DNA of 63,713 bases, filler included, from Pelomyxa schiedti (lineage: Eukaryota; Protista; Evosea): the NCBI GenBank assembly GCA_020536535.1. It is 12 parts of 12 records of this genome, joined end to end, with 100 filler letters (N's around TTAATTAATTAA, not from the genome) between each part and the next. Parts side by side here need not be neighbours in the genome. Positions count along the whole stretch, not along the records: positions 1 to 16,577 come from JAHLWZ010000060.1; 11 more parts are not named here. The stretch is one strand, 5' to 3'. Under the pieces are notes generated by a model. That model was not told the DNA's origin and searched no databases. It saw only the letters and a program-made list of their open reading frames with translations. Made by a program: the position numbers and the translations under genes. Every line of letters begins with the position of its first letter. Position 1 is the first letter of the stretch. This document shows positions 1 to 12,006 of this stretch, in pieces.

Positions 1-391
1 GCCTGATGGCTCCCTGTCAACAATTCACATTAACATGAGTGCAAACACGTTCTACCTTGTGAATTCCGTCACCCACGAAAGGCACTCCTTTCCTGATCTC
101 CACTACACCACTGTCATTGACAAGAGCCACTTGTATGTCGCACCATGGTCAGCAATGACCAACTACCAGGTGTATCACACCAGCAACCTGTTGGAACCAT
201 CGCTTCGTGTTCCTTCCACTTGGTCATCTCCCTGCCGTTCTGGACTTGTCTGCTCCACAACACAACATCGGGATCAGATTGACGGCGTCACTCAAGTTAC
301 GTTTGAAGTTCGTGATGGTGTCACTGGCTTTCTCTTGGGTGTCTTCCCTGTACCCCTGCACCATCCATTCCATTTTTCAACCCTGGAGTAA
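1..391 (+). CDS. 3' part of expanded-family hypothetical protein (tandem paralog of 468-1676), 5' truncated by window edge
   Basis: Near-identical to the C-terminus of the next ORF (NTFYLVNSVTHERHSFPDLHY...FEVRDG.TGFLLGVFPVP). Confidence 0.8.
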   Translation, partial: PDGSLSTIHINMSANTFYLVNSVTHERHSFPDLHYTTVIDKSHLYVAPWSAMTNYQVYHTSNLLEPSLRVPSTWSSPCRSGLVCSTTQHRDQIDGVTQVTFEVRDGVTGFLLGVFPVPLHHPFHFSTLE

Positions 392-467
392 ATGGGACAA
401 TAAACACTGAAAGGCAGTGAATTGATGTTTCCCCGAAAGCGGGAACATCAACGTTTATAAAAACACG

Positions 468-1676
468 ATGAACACCACAACGACAGGTAAGGCACAGGCG
501 TTAGCAGTTTGTTGTGCCGGCGTCGTCCGCGCCCCGCCGCCGTCGCTGGCGACTAATAGGGCACCCATAATGGCACCGTCGCTGGCTGCGTGGGCTCGAT
601 CGGAGTCGTTCAGAGTGTGGGCCGACGACTGGGTACTGAGACCCACTGCTGATGCCGTTTTTCCTCTTCCAATCATGAAGGACCCCCACGGCGATGATGA
701 CGATGACGATGACGATGAGGACAAGGCTGGGCGGGTGGTGTTTGTCCTGCACGTGAGCGTGTCTCCCACAATGGGGGTTGTGAGCCACTCGTGGTTCACC
801 ACCACATTGGGCGATGTGTGGGGCTGCATTGGCCACGACCGCATTTTGGTGTCGAACCCTTGCTGGAGCCGCATGACCATGAAATTCTCAGTTGTGAATT
901 CATCTGGAAAGGTCGTCGACCCGTTGATTTGGGAGGGTGGAATTGGTGCAGGGGTGTCTTTGCCTTCTACATGTTGCAACAGGAATTGGATCGTATCAGC
1001 TGTAAAAAAGGGGGAGTTGCTCCTTTGGAAGGTTGTGGGGAGTTGTGGCTGTGGTGAGCCAACTGTGGTTGGTCCTAAATATGTGCCCCATGGAACGAAT
1101 TCCACAAATGTGGCACTTTCGTGCTGGAGTTGTGATGTTGGAATGGTGCTCCCTCAAGACACAGAGGGCGAAGTTATGTTCATTGACTTGGAATCCACTT
1201 TCAAAAGGGGTGAATTGGTGGAAGCATCACCGAGGATCTTTTGCCACGATACGTGGCCGTGTGATGTCCTTTTTTTGCCTGATGGCTCTGTGTCAACAAT
1301 CCACATTAACATGAGGGCAAACACGTTCTACCTTGTGAATTCCGTCACCCACGAAAGGCACTCCTTTCCTGATCTCCACTACGCAACTGTCATTGACCAG
1401 AGCCACTTGTATGTCGCACCATGGTCAGCAATGACCAACTACCAAGTGTATCACACCAGCAACCTGTTGGAGCCATCACTTTGTGTTCCTTCCACTTGGT
1501 CATCTCCCTGCCATTCTCAACTTCCACTCATTTGCTCCACAACAAAACCGGAAAGTGATATGAGTGGTGTAACTCAAGTCAAGTTTGAAGTTCGTGATGG
1601 TGCCACTGGGTTTCTCTTGGGTGTCTTCCCTGTTCCCATTCACCCTCCCTTCTGTTTTACAACAATGAGTGAGTAG
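468..1676 (+). CDS. Intronless expanded-family hypothetical protein (402 aa, beta-rich, possible propeller)
   Basis: Long ORF; WADDWVLRP, VSVSPTMGVV and FIDLESTF motifs shared with the paralog at 22215-23278. Confidence 0.8.
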   Translation: MNTTTTGKAQALAVCCAGVVRAPPPSLATNRAPIMAPSLAAWARSESFRVWADDWVLRPTADAVFPLPIMKDPHGDDDDDDDDEDKAGRVVFVLHVSVSPTMGVVSHSWFTTTLGDVWGCIGHDRILVSNPCWSRMTMKFSVVNSSGKVVDPLIWEGGIGAGVSLPSTCCNRNWIVSAVKKGELLLWKVVGSCGCGEPTVVGPKYVPHGTNSTNVALSCWSCDVGMVLPQDTEGEVMFIDLESTFKRGELVEASPRIFCHDTWPCDVLFLPDGSVSTIHINMRANTFYLVNSVTHERHSFPDLHYATVIDQSHLYVAPWSAMTNYQVYHTSNLLEPSLCVPSTWSSPCHSQLPLICSTTKPESDMSGVTQVKFEVRDGATGFLLGVFPVPIHPPFCFTTMSE

Positions 1677-2199
1677 ACATGTATTCCTTCTTTTTTGTTT
1701 TTCCTCACAAACAAATGCTTTGTAGTTTATGCACACAACACACAACGTGTGTACTTCCACAAAGTACACGAACTTGGCCTTGCTCGCGAGGCTCTGAAGT
1801 CTGGCGCAGTTTAGCGGGATTGGAGAGACTGAGGACTGAGCCGAATCTGGACCAGAATGAGACAGCAAAGGTAATGATCAGCGCACAGCGCACAAATACA
1901 GCAATAAAGAGTTATTCTCTTCACTCTCACTCGTTTTCTTCCTCTGTGGGACTTATTCTCGAGTCCACAGAAGCTAACAAACGTTAAAACTGTGCCATCT
2001 CCACGGAGTGTGTTAATGATTGTTCATTCACGGAAAATAAAGCAAGATGAGATACCGAACGAACCTACTATGGGACGTTCGGAGCCATTGTTGCACAGAC
2101 AGAAATGGCATCGTGTGCCTGCAAAACACATTCATAGATCTTTGCCCCCAAAAAAACAAAAAAAAAAAGAAAAAAGGAGGCGGTTGTGTACTGTTGGAG

Positions 2200-3516
2200 A
2201 TGTCGTCACAAGAAGAGCCACATTCACCATTCACCAAAAGACCAAGAACCAAGACCAACAACACCGGCAGCATGAGATCTGTCCCAACACCGACGACTAC
2301 AAAACACACTCCATGGTGGTTGGGGGACATGGGATTATGCCAAGGAAACAACAGAGCACGTGACCAGGTGACGGCGCTGGCCGTGGCGGCTACGTCAAAA
2401 AGATGCGGCGCACGCTCACCAGCCAGGATTATGGGAGGTCACCTCACCCAGCAGTTTTGGCGGGACTGGGTCATTGGTTGCACACGAGTGTTTGTCATTG
2501 AAGTCAGAGTTGGGGAAACACTGGGCGCTGAAAGGTGGGTGACGTGTGATGTTGTGGTTGGTGTGTCAGTCCCTCTGTTGGGCGTCACTCAATTGTGGGT
2601 CGTGGATCAGAGCAAGCCAGAGGGATGGTTTGGAGAAAAAAGCGGGAGCTACTGTGATGATGAGCAGTTGATCATCTTCCCCAAGGATCTCACACACATC
2701 CCAAGCACATACAACGAACAAAAGTCTTGGGATGGTGGTATCTGGAGCTGTTGTGCGAGGGGGAAGGATTGGAAACTGAGTTGGGGAAAAACCGAGTGGG
2801 ATGATCTTGCTTGCGATTCCCCCTTGACTGTTCAAGAAGTTTCGTCACAGAAGCTCGTTGATGTTGCTCTTCCACAGGATTACTCTTCCTCTGTTAAGTC
2901 AATCCACCTGAGTGAAGTGATACCATCACAGGCGGTGCTTCTTTTGAACAGCGATGACAGAACGCACACCCTACTGCTCGTTGTTGATGTTCCCCGAACC
3001 TATACAGCTGGAAGTCTGATAGTTTTGAGCACCAACAAATGTAGCTTTCCACAAAGCCGTGATCGACAGTCTAGAGACCGTGCTGTCACAATGAAATCCA
3101 CAAGTGGGCAAAATGTGTTCATTGCTGAGCAAAACGATGCAGGCATGCACTCACCAGTGGTTTTTTCTGTGCGATCCAATGGAGTTGTCCAGAAGCTCTA
3201 TGATGATCTGGCCGTAAGCCTCGATCTATGGAAGAGAGTGTTGTGGGAAGTGACCGAGTCACTTGTGTCAGTCTACAACCCCAGATGTCACACAGTTGAT
3301 GTGTGGGACTTCAATGGCGTGGAGGCATCATCACCAAAGAGCAAGATTGAACATGTTGGGATTCCCCACATTGCAGGTGGTGGGTTCATTTTCATTGTCA
3401 CTGACACTCATGCCCTCCATGTGGTTGAACCCTCGTCACTCCTTGTGGTTGCCAGCATTGCATTCCTCCACCCTAGTTTTCTTGCAGTCACTGCACTCAG
3501 ATTTGGCTCCAACTGA
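2200..3516 (+). CDS. Intronless expanded-family hypothetical protein
   Basis: ORF 2047-3516, probable start MSSQEE; N-terminal ARDQVTALAVAATSKRCGARSPAR...FWRDWV motif; C-terminal GGGFIF...VVEPSS..VV. Confidence 0.8.
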   Translation: MSSQEEPHSPFTKRPRTKTNNTGSMRSVPTPTTTKHTPWWLGDMGLCQGNNRARDQVTALAVAATSKRCGARSPARIMGGHLTQQFWRDWVIGCTRVFVIEVRVGETLGAERWVTCDVVVGVSVPLLGVTQLWVVDQSKPEGWFGEKSGSYCDDEQLIIFPKDLTHIPSTYNEQKSWDGGIWSCCARGKDWKLSWGKTEWDDLACDSPLTVQEVSSQKLVDVALPQDYSSSVKSIHLSEVIPSQAVLLLNSDDRTHTLLLVVDVPRTYTAGSLIVLSTNKCSFPQSRDRQSRDRAVTMKSTSGQNVFIAEQNDAGMHSPVVFSVRSNGVVQKLYDDLAVSLDLWKRVLWEVTESLVSVYNPRCHTVDVWDFNGVEASSPKSKIEHVGIPHIAGGGFIFIVTDTHALHVVEPSSLLVVASIAFLHPSFLAVTALRFGSN

Positions 3517-3787
3517 TACTTAAATTCAAATGGAAAGCAAATCATCGTTTTGTTGTTCTACTCAGTTCCCTCAACTACTAGTACCGGTGTAGCTGATCAT
3601 TCTCGGAAAAAGCGGGTTGTGCGAGCGTTGACGTGACTGGGGTCTACTCTTACATACTGGTCTGTGTAAGTTTTCTCCTATTAAATTGCTGCAGGGAGTA
3701 CTTGCTAAAGTTCCCACTGTAAATTAAACAAAACTTTTTTTTACACAGGATAATGCATATAAACATGTGGGGGGTTGAGTTTTATCT

Positions 3788-4474
3788 CTAAAGAATGCTG
3801 CAACCACCCCTCCTTTGCTTCTGCTTTGTTGGTCTTGGATTCATGGCATCAATGAGCTTGACGAGGTCCAGGAATACCCTGTCCACGTTGGTCATTGCCC
3901 TCGCACTTGCCTCGAGGAACCCGACGTGCGATCCGCACTTTTCGGCCAGTGATTGGCCCTCGTCGGTTGTGACCATCCTCTGCTCCGTGAGGTCACACTT
4001 GTTGCCGACGAGAACAATTGGAACGGTCGAGGAGTCCTTGACGCGGAGGATCTGGTCGTGCATCTCTGGGATGTCCCTGAAGGTGCTCACTGAAATGACA
4101 CTGTAAACAAGGACGAAGCCGTGGCCGTTCTTCATGTACAGGTCACGCATTGCGGTGAAGTTCTCTGTTCCCGCTGTGTCAAGTATTTCCAGAACACACG
4201 CTCTTCCGTCGATATCCATTTGCTTTCTCTGTGGATGCAAGGTTAGAATGTATGTTCGTTTATATGTATTTGTTCATTTATAGCTTTTATGTGACTAGTC
4301 AGTTACACTCACATAAGCATCCTCGATTGTTGGGTCATATTTCTCAAGGAAGATTCTCTGGACGAACTGCACTGTGAGTGATGATTTCCCGACGCCACCA
4401 GAACCAAGAACCACCAGTCGGTACACGTTGTTGTTCTCACTGTTGTTGTTGCTCTTTCTTGTTGTTCTTGACAT
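3788..4474 (-). CDS. RAP1: Rap1-like Ras-family GTPase, 2 exons (4474-4313, 4228-3788)
   Basis: [25 protein letters not shown] (Thr61 typical of Rap), GNKCD, EASA, C-terminal CAAX CSIL; GT-AG intron 4229-4312. Confidence 0.93.
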
Positions 4475-4758
4475 TTTGATTGTGTTTTGTTTTTCGCTTG
4501 TCTGCTTGTTTATTGTGTGTTGTCTTTTTATTTGAGTTATGAAATCGTGTTGAGTTTTGTTTTATGTACATCGCATCTTTATCTGAAAAAGAGCCTCCCT
4601 TTTTTTTCTTTCTGCTCGGTACAGCGCGGTTATCTGAACCGGTAAAAATCTTCTTCAAATAATCGGTATGGCGTAAATAATAAACGGGACGAAGGTTGTT
4701 CCGTCCTCTAATGGGACCTTGAGAAACATTAACACCGTCCACGTTTTATTTCTTTATG

Positions 4759-5628
4759 TCACTGCCTTGTGAAGTGGTAAGGAGTTGAGCCATGAATAAC
4801 GGTGATGGTATTCAGGTCTGGCATGAACGCAGGCAACTGTGTTGTGTTATCCCACAGTAGGTTCACTGTATTGTGCAGCCCAACCAACCGTGCTCCGTCG
4901 CCATTCCTTGTCTGTGTAGTAACATTAATAAACCGCATGCCTTCATTCACAACACACAGACAGTAAGTAAGTATTACACACCTTGAAGATGCATGTGCCA
5001 GAGGTCGAGCCGTACACATCCCTTCCAACCCACAGCTCACCATCAACCCACCTTGCAGTACAAATGCCACCCCATGGTGGGTAGTTCCACCTTGACCCTT
5101 CCTGAACAGCTGCACCCGGCTGAGTCACTGGCGGTTGCTGCGGCTGCAAAACGACCTGTGGTAGCTGCACAATGGTCAGTGGTACAGGCCCCACTCTGTG
5201 GAAATGGTACGGCTGTGAGCCATGCATGACCGTGATAGTGCTGATGTCGGGCATGGACGCCTGCAGCCGCCCCGAGTTATCCCACAGTATACTCACTGTA
5301 GTGTTGAGCCGCACTAGCCGAGCTCCGTCTCCATTAGTCGTCTGCAAACAACAGAAAGAACTGTCAGACAAAAAAGAAAGCGAGAGAGAGATAAAACAAT
5401 ACATAAAATAACGATTTTGGGAGAGTGAGTACGAGTATAAGCACATACTTTGAAGATGCGGGTGCCGTAGGTTGAGCCGTACACGTCCCTGCCTACCCAG
5501 AGCTCGCCATCGACCCACCTGGCTGTGCACACCCCGTCCCACGGTGCGTAGCTCCACAACGACCCCTCTTGCACAATTGATTGCGGTGGCAACGTCGACA
5601 ACGGAATAAGCGCGAAAGCTGTTGTCAT
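4759..5628 (-). CDS. Hypothetical protein made of two tandem ~100-aa modules, 3 exons (5628-5449, 5341-4982, 4911-4759)
   Basis: Repeated VQEGS.W.Y.PW.G.CTARWVDGELWVGRDVYGST.GT.IFK / T.NGDGARLV.L..TV..LWDN; both GT-AG introns restore the frame. Confidence 0.7.
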
Positions 5629-5908
5629 TCACCACCCCCCTTTTTTTTTTGTTTGTTTGTTGGGTTTGTGTGGTTCGTTTATTTTATGTTAAAGTTGTTG
5701 ACCGCTGACTTGGCAAACCGACATGCAGTACAGCACAGATGCATAATGCCGTTCAAACGAATTCTTGTGAAGGCCAGAATGATGTGATTCTGGGTCTGAG
5801 GCCTGCTGGCATATTTTATTCTCCAAGACCCTGACCGAAGCCCCCCCAGGAGCCCAGCCGCCATCCTTGAGTGTTGTCCCCACAGATTCTGCCAACACTC
5901 AGCGAAAA

Positions 5909-8900
5909 ATGAAGAAAGGAGGAGGGAGTGCCGCGGCGTCCAGCAACACCACCAAAACAACAACAACAACAAGCACATCAACCGCAGCAGCAGCACCAAA
6001 GGGGGGCCGGGGATCAACGGCCAAAAGTGGCGGCGGTGGCGGTGCGCCCAAGTCGTCGTCGTCCTCGTCCTCGTCCTCGTCTTCGGGGGGCGACGTCGTG
6101 GGGGCGGTGACGGCGGTGAAGGCGGAGCTAAATGGCATCGTGGTTGTCGACTCGTACTCCAAGGAGTGCTTCACGCCCACCGCCGCTGAGTTCCCAATTG
6201 TGGGTTGTGTGCCCGTGGGATGTCGGATGTGGGGGTGAAGTGTGCAATTGCTTTTGGACCCTGTGTTAAAAAGCTCTTGTGTTTTTGTTTTTGTGTTCCT
6301 GTTTTTACAGTCCATAATAATTATTTTTTTGTACTTTCAAGGCTCTTGCACCTGTATGCAATACTAGACTGTTAGATTATGTTATTGAATTTCTCGCTAG
6401 CAATGGAGTCCACAATGTTTACCTGCTCTATTCCAAGCACCATGAACTTATAGAAGCCTACATTGGGTAACAGTGTGAATATTTTCTACGATCTCGTTCT
6501 CATTGAATTTTAGTGAAACGCAGAAATGGAAGGGAATTGTAGTACCACTTCCCTGTGTTACCGAATTGTGCACACTCGGGGATGCCATGCGTGAGGTGTA
6601 TTCCAGGAATATTTTTACTTCAGATTTTGTACTGGTTAGTTGTCTTCAAACAGTTATCTTGTTTGCGTGACTTGCAAGTAGGTTTATGGTGACGTAGTAG
6701 CAAACATCGATTTGCAACAAGTTGTGACTGAACACAAGTAAGGCAGGCCTAAAATCCTTTTTTTACTGACACCCTTAAGAGGCAGGCATGAGCGTGATAA
6801 GAACAATATTCTCACAATGGTCTACAAGTCCTGTTCTCCATCCCATCCTACACGGTTTTCCTCCCGATTCTTCGTATCTCCCGTTTATTTATGTGCAGGG
6901 TTTATGGTGATGATATAGTAATTGGTGTATCACCATTGACATCACAAATAATCTTCTACGATGACAAAGCAACCAAGAATGTTACGATTGACGTTAGTTA
7001 TATTGAGACCCATAAGCAAGTGATGTTTCACAATAACTTAATGGATTGTGGTATCGCTATTTGTGCACCCGTGGTGAGTACCCATAAACCGTTTCGCTTA
7101 ATTGAGCACAAATCTAGGTCCTATCTCTTTTCCAAGATAATTTTGACTATTCCTGCGCCGCGGATCTGCTGCGTGGTGTCCTTGAATCTGACATAATGGG
7201 TTACAAACTCTTTACGCACATAGTTACACAAGCATATGCTGCAAGGGTGAGAGACTGGTATACCTATAATTCCGTCAGGTAACCTTGCTGTTTATTTTTT
7301 TTTTGTGTGCATTCGTTTACCCACCAACCATAGCCAGGATATCATCCGACGTTGGACGTTCCCTCTTGTGCCTGATTCTAATATTATGAGATGTTCAGCC
7401 TACACATTGTCCAGACAGTTCATTTATAAAGATAAGGATGCCATTGTTTCAAGGTGGTTTCTCGATTGCAGTTAAGGTTTCTCACAAAAGCATAAGGAAT
7501 GCTCTTATAACCGGTAACACGGTGATTGGCAAGGGTACAGAAATTGGTCCCTATTCCAGAATCTCTATGTCAGTCATTGGATCCAGGTGTAGAGTTGGAT
7601 CCAATGTTGTCATCGAGGCAAGTTCCTAAAATGAAGTTAAGGGACTCAAAAAGTTACAGAATTCCTACATCTGGGATGATGTGACTATTGGAGACAACGT
7701 CAAGATTCTTCAATCCGTCATTTGCAGTGGCGTTTTACTTCACAACAACTGCACTGTAGACACAGGTTCCTGTTTATCCTTCAAGGTATCTATTACATTG
7801 ATGCTCTCTCCAATTCATTACCTCATGAAAGGTTGTCATCGGAGAAGGGATGGTTTTGAACCCACAGACAAAGCTTGTCCATCCAGGAATTTCTGAAGAA
7901 GTCGCAGAAGAATGGGGAGCCAAACTGAATGAGACCCCCAGTGTTGCAACCAGCAATACGGCTTCCAGCAACTCAGCTTGGCAATGGATAGACAATGCAG
8001 TTTGGGACACAACAGGTAGGTTTAGGATACGTTTATTCTGTGCTAATAAGTCTTGTCCTCATAAGTCATACCTTTTGCGGAACAGGCTGATAATGCCAGT
8101 GAATCAGATGAATCTGAAAGCGAAGAAGAAGAAACAGGGGCTGAGGAGGCTGTACCAGGTATTGTCTCCAAGAAAGAACAAACTAACTTGTCGTTCTTTT
8201 TCAGAGTTCAGTGAAGAAGTAAACGACCTTGTTTCCAGTGTATTATCTGGAGAATGTCCGAGAGATAACTTCCAGCTGCAATTAAATGGCCTCAAATTCG
8301 CACACGATAAGAATTTTGCTGAATGTATGGGGAAGCTGTCTCTGAAAGTTTTTAATACACAAATTTAGGCGCTGATGCTGTTCTAAGAGCAATAATTACC
8401 GATGTGATGCAAGAAAATGAAGAATTGACTGACCCAAAGAAACTCTCCAAAGCTATAAACTCGGTTCCTCTTTACTTTTGTGGTGAAAGGCCTGACACAT
8501 AACAAGGTTATCACCAACTACAGCGACACATTACTGAAACCTTGTATTTCGTCAAGAGGTTTCTTTCATTGGAAACTCCATTCTTCTAACGTGCTTTAGA
8601 TGACCAGATTGATCTCATTTTTTGCCTCATGGTTTTTCCCTCTGATTAGGATGAAGTAGAAAAACAATTGACCACTCTCCAGGAAATAGCAAAAGAAGAC
8701 GAAAAAGTCATGCCTACCTTCCAGTACATTTTGTGGGGTTTGAATCAAGAGGCAGAGCTAGTAGACGAAGATGCGGTACTTTCAAAACACATTTTCCGAG
8801 CTCTCACTGTGGTTTCAGGTGTGGAAGTGGAAATCCCGGCTTGAAGAAGAACAAACAGAGGCCGGTGAAGCCGAGGATGAAGATGAAGACACAAGCAATG

Positions 8901-9027
8901 CCAAGTTCCTCCAAGTGGTGTGCACCCCTATCTATCACTAATTATGCAAACCGCCACAATAACATCGCATAATTAGTGTTCCGATTTCTTCAAATGGCTC
9001 CGGGAAGCTGAAGAGGATGATGACTAG
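5909..9027 (+). CDS. EIF2B5: Translation initiation factor eIF2B subunit epsilon (multi-exon)
   Basis: Spliced segments RLLDYVIEFL, LGDAMREV, NNLMDCGIAICAP, DIIRRWTFPLVPD, hexapeptide repeats (VIGKGTEIG..VIGSRCRVG), LQLNGLKFA, and W2-domain end FFKWLREAEEDDD*. Confidence 0.9.
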
Positions 9028-9181
9028 CTTAGGAATCTTTCGTTCCGTTGATTTACGGCTCCCTCCTTTATGTAACCCCAGTCTTCTTTAACTGTGTAGT
9101 GCTCTTGAGTTAGAACACCACACAAACAGTAAACAAACAAAAAAAAAAACAGAATTTTGCCTTAGTTTCTAAGAGTGTTTA

Positions 9182-11775
9182 TTAGTGCCCCCCTCTGTTG
9201 GGGGCTGTGCGTTTGGTTGTTGTATTAGTGCCTGGTTTGGGCTTTGCTTTGGAAGAAGTACTGGGTGGTGAGGAAGCTGTGGGGGTTACATGGCGCAAGG
9301 GTATTTTGGACACACAATCATCAGACCCGCTGTTGTTGGCTAGCTGCGAGAGAAGGGCCGAGCGTGCAGCACTCTTGGCAGCGGGTGGTGGAGGCGGCGG
9401 AGGAGCCGGAGGCGGAGGGGGCAGAGGACCCCCGGTGGCTGCGGAGGGCTTCATGGATGGCGGCGGGGGTGGAGGCGGTGGCGGTGGTGCGGGAGCGGGA
9501 GCGGAGCTGGCTGCGGCTCGCGAGGTGGATGATGTGGTTGTTGTTGTGGTGGAACTTTGTGAGAGTGAGGACGGGGTTGCGGTGGCAGTGGATGATGCGG
9601 TGCGCCTGATGGGTGGGTTAGAAAGTAAAGGTGTGCAGGAGGAACATACTGTTGAGGGTGTGGTTGCGGTTGTGGGCTTCCTTGGAATGTAATGTCAGGA
9701 GGCAACATGTCCGTTACAGAAAATCTTTTGAAGAAGTTGAGGACATTTTTTGGGCGAAAACGTACATACAGCTGTGAGTTAACCCTCGCTATCTTTTTTT
9801 TTCTTTCTGGGGATTGTGACACCGCCGACCGCGTTGTAGTCACTGTAGTAGGATTAAGAATTGAGCTCAATGACGTGACAAGAGGGTCCGGTACTGCCAC
9901 GGTGTCAACGGCCATTTCCACAGGCTTCAGTGCCCTTGTTTTACATTAATTTAAAGGAGAAATTGATTTTTTTCCACTAACGTGAAGAGTTTATTGTGTG
10001 CGTCCCGTAAATGAGATAGTAGCGCGATAATTGGCTTCTCCAGCTTTGGGTCCTGTGGAACAGGTGGGTAGTGAATATGTACGGGAGAAGGAGTACAGGA
10101 GGAGCCGGTGTAGAACCCGATACTGAGGAAAAGAAGGGGTCTTGTATAATGTCTGACAAGGTTACAGCAGGGGGCAAGGCTGGAACAAGAAGTTTTTGAG
10201 GGAATATGGAAAGAAGAATCTGAGGGAGTGTGAGTGTTTCAAATACCCAACAAAATAAATACATCACGTATTTCCGGTGGAATTGATTGAGAGGTAGCAG
10301 ATAGTAAATCCAATGTTCCATACGAAGGTGGTGGAGGTAGTGTACGGGTGGTAATCTCATACAAGAAAAGACCAAAGCAAACAATCTCTCGGTGTTTCTC
10401 ATTCTGGACAGATATCAGGACTTATGTTGAAAATTTTTCAGCATACTGCTCCCACAGACGCGGGGGTGAGGTACTGCCAGTATGCAGGGAGTCTGCTACC
10501 AAGAGAGGCCTCAATATCTGTCAATCTTAAAGGAAAGGAGTTACATGTGAAGATTGAATTCTTGGAAGAGCACACAAATACGAATTGCCAAATATAAGCA
10601 CATTTCCTGGGTGGAGGTGTGGGAATGGGTAGCCAATACCCCCGAGAAAGATAAGAGCTTCCAGTACCTGGTACCCAATAGTACGTAAAGAGTTGAGAGT
10701 TGACTCATTGAAAGGCTTTGTGGTTGAGGTTGTAGGTGGGGAAGGATGGTTTTCGCTGGGTTGACATATGTGACGTTCGTTTAATCTCCGATTCTGCGGA
10801 ATCTGTTGTGTGTAAGAAAACTTCAGTCAATTCCCTTTTACATTGTATATGGCATCTCGAACACTGCCCTTTTTTGCATAATCTCTTACTATGTGCAGTG
10901 TTGATCCATGGTCGTGCCACTTCAAATCTTTGATGGCTGCAATGTTGGGGTGCTGTTTCCATTAGTAGTTCCTTGCTGAAGTTGGTTTTACATTCAATGT
11001 TTTGAGGAAAGTAAACATGCAAGCCCTTCTCGCCTCTGATGAAAAGGGAAATAGAGGTTTATCAAATGAACACTATTTTATGTCAGTGATTGTATTTGGC
11101 GAGAGAGTGATACTGCTCGAAGTAGTCCTTCCTGAGTTCCATCAGAAACGAGGGTGCAAGGTTTTGGCAAATCTAACATTCTGGTTTATTAGAAAGAAGA
11201 AGTATAAATAGCATACCAGGTATTTCACAAGAAATTTCTATCGGGTCGACCAGAACCTTCTCACAAGAGTATCGGGAATCCCTGAGCAGTTGTTGCATTG
11301 ATATAATTTGTTCATCTTGTATTATGTCAACACGCGAATGTAGGAAATGCCAGTTAACCGAAATTAGAACGAGACGTCATCAGCATGTGATGGCAGGTAC
11401 AGCATACTCTCTGTGATGTGAGATAGTCGTATTTCGATGGAAGGGCAATTTTGTTGGTTTTAGGGCAGCACTGCTGGTCAAAAACGAAACCACAAAGCCT
11501 GCAGTGGTGCTTCGCAAAGCATGAGCACGAAAGATGTATAAATCCCTCCCAAGATCCAACACATTATTTAAATGGTAAACGGAGTAACCTTTCTTCGAGT
11601 GAATGTAAACTCCACATGACAATGGTGACACTGCGTCACGTGGTCGTCCGGTATCCATGCAGGTCTTGTGTGTACTGACTGTTACGCAGACCACTCACAA
11701 CAACGAAACTTATTAATTAAAAAAATGGCAACGCCGGGGAGTTAATGCATTAACCCACCGCGATACGTTTGACAT
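9182..11775 (-). CDS. FYVE - pseudokinase - Pro-rich - WH2 protein (Slob/PXK-type; architecture of Dictyostelium slob1/slob2), multi-exon
   Basis: Spliced WIPDDHVTQCHHC..FTRRK|HHCRLCG..RVC (FYVE); HPNIAAIKD, KGSVRDAIYN, HLHPGNV (kinase-like, no HRD); C-terminal poly-Pro and ARSALLSQL..LRHV (WH2). Confidence 0.85.
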
Positions 11776-12006
11776 GTGTGTGTTGTACGACTACGACGCG
11801 GCGATCAAAGGACCCCCGAGATGTTTCGTTGTTTCGTGAAAACCCCCTTTCCTTGAACGGCTTTCTCACAACAAGATTCCACAGATCGATCAGATTCGGG
11901 GTGCCAGGCCTGGGGTCCCTCAGGCCCCAGGCAGCTGAACCACGTTGAGTGTCACTCCAGAGATCACCTGGAAAACCAAAAGTACAAAAAAGCAGGCTTT
12001 GGTGAA

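Noticed and set aside
455-1105. Antisense and overlapping ORFs such as 455-1105, 9198-9692 and 51873-52655
   Set aside because: Shadows of GC-rich or low-complexity genes on the opposite strand with no independent motifs.
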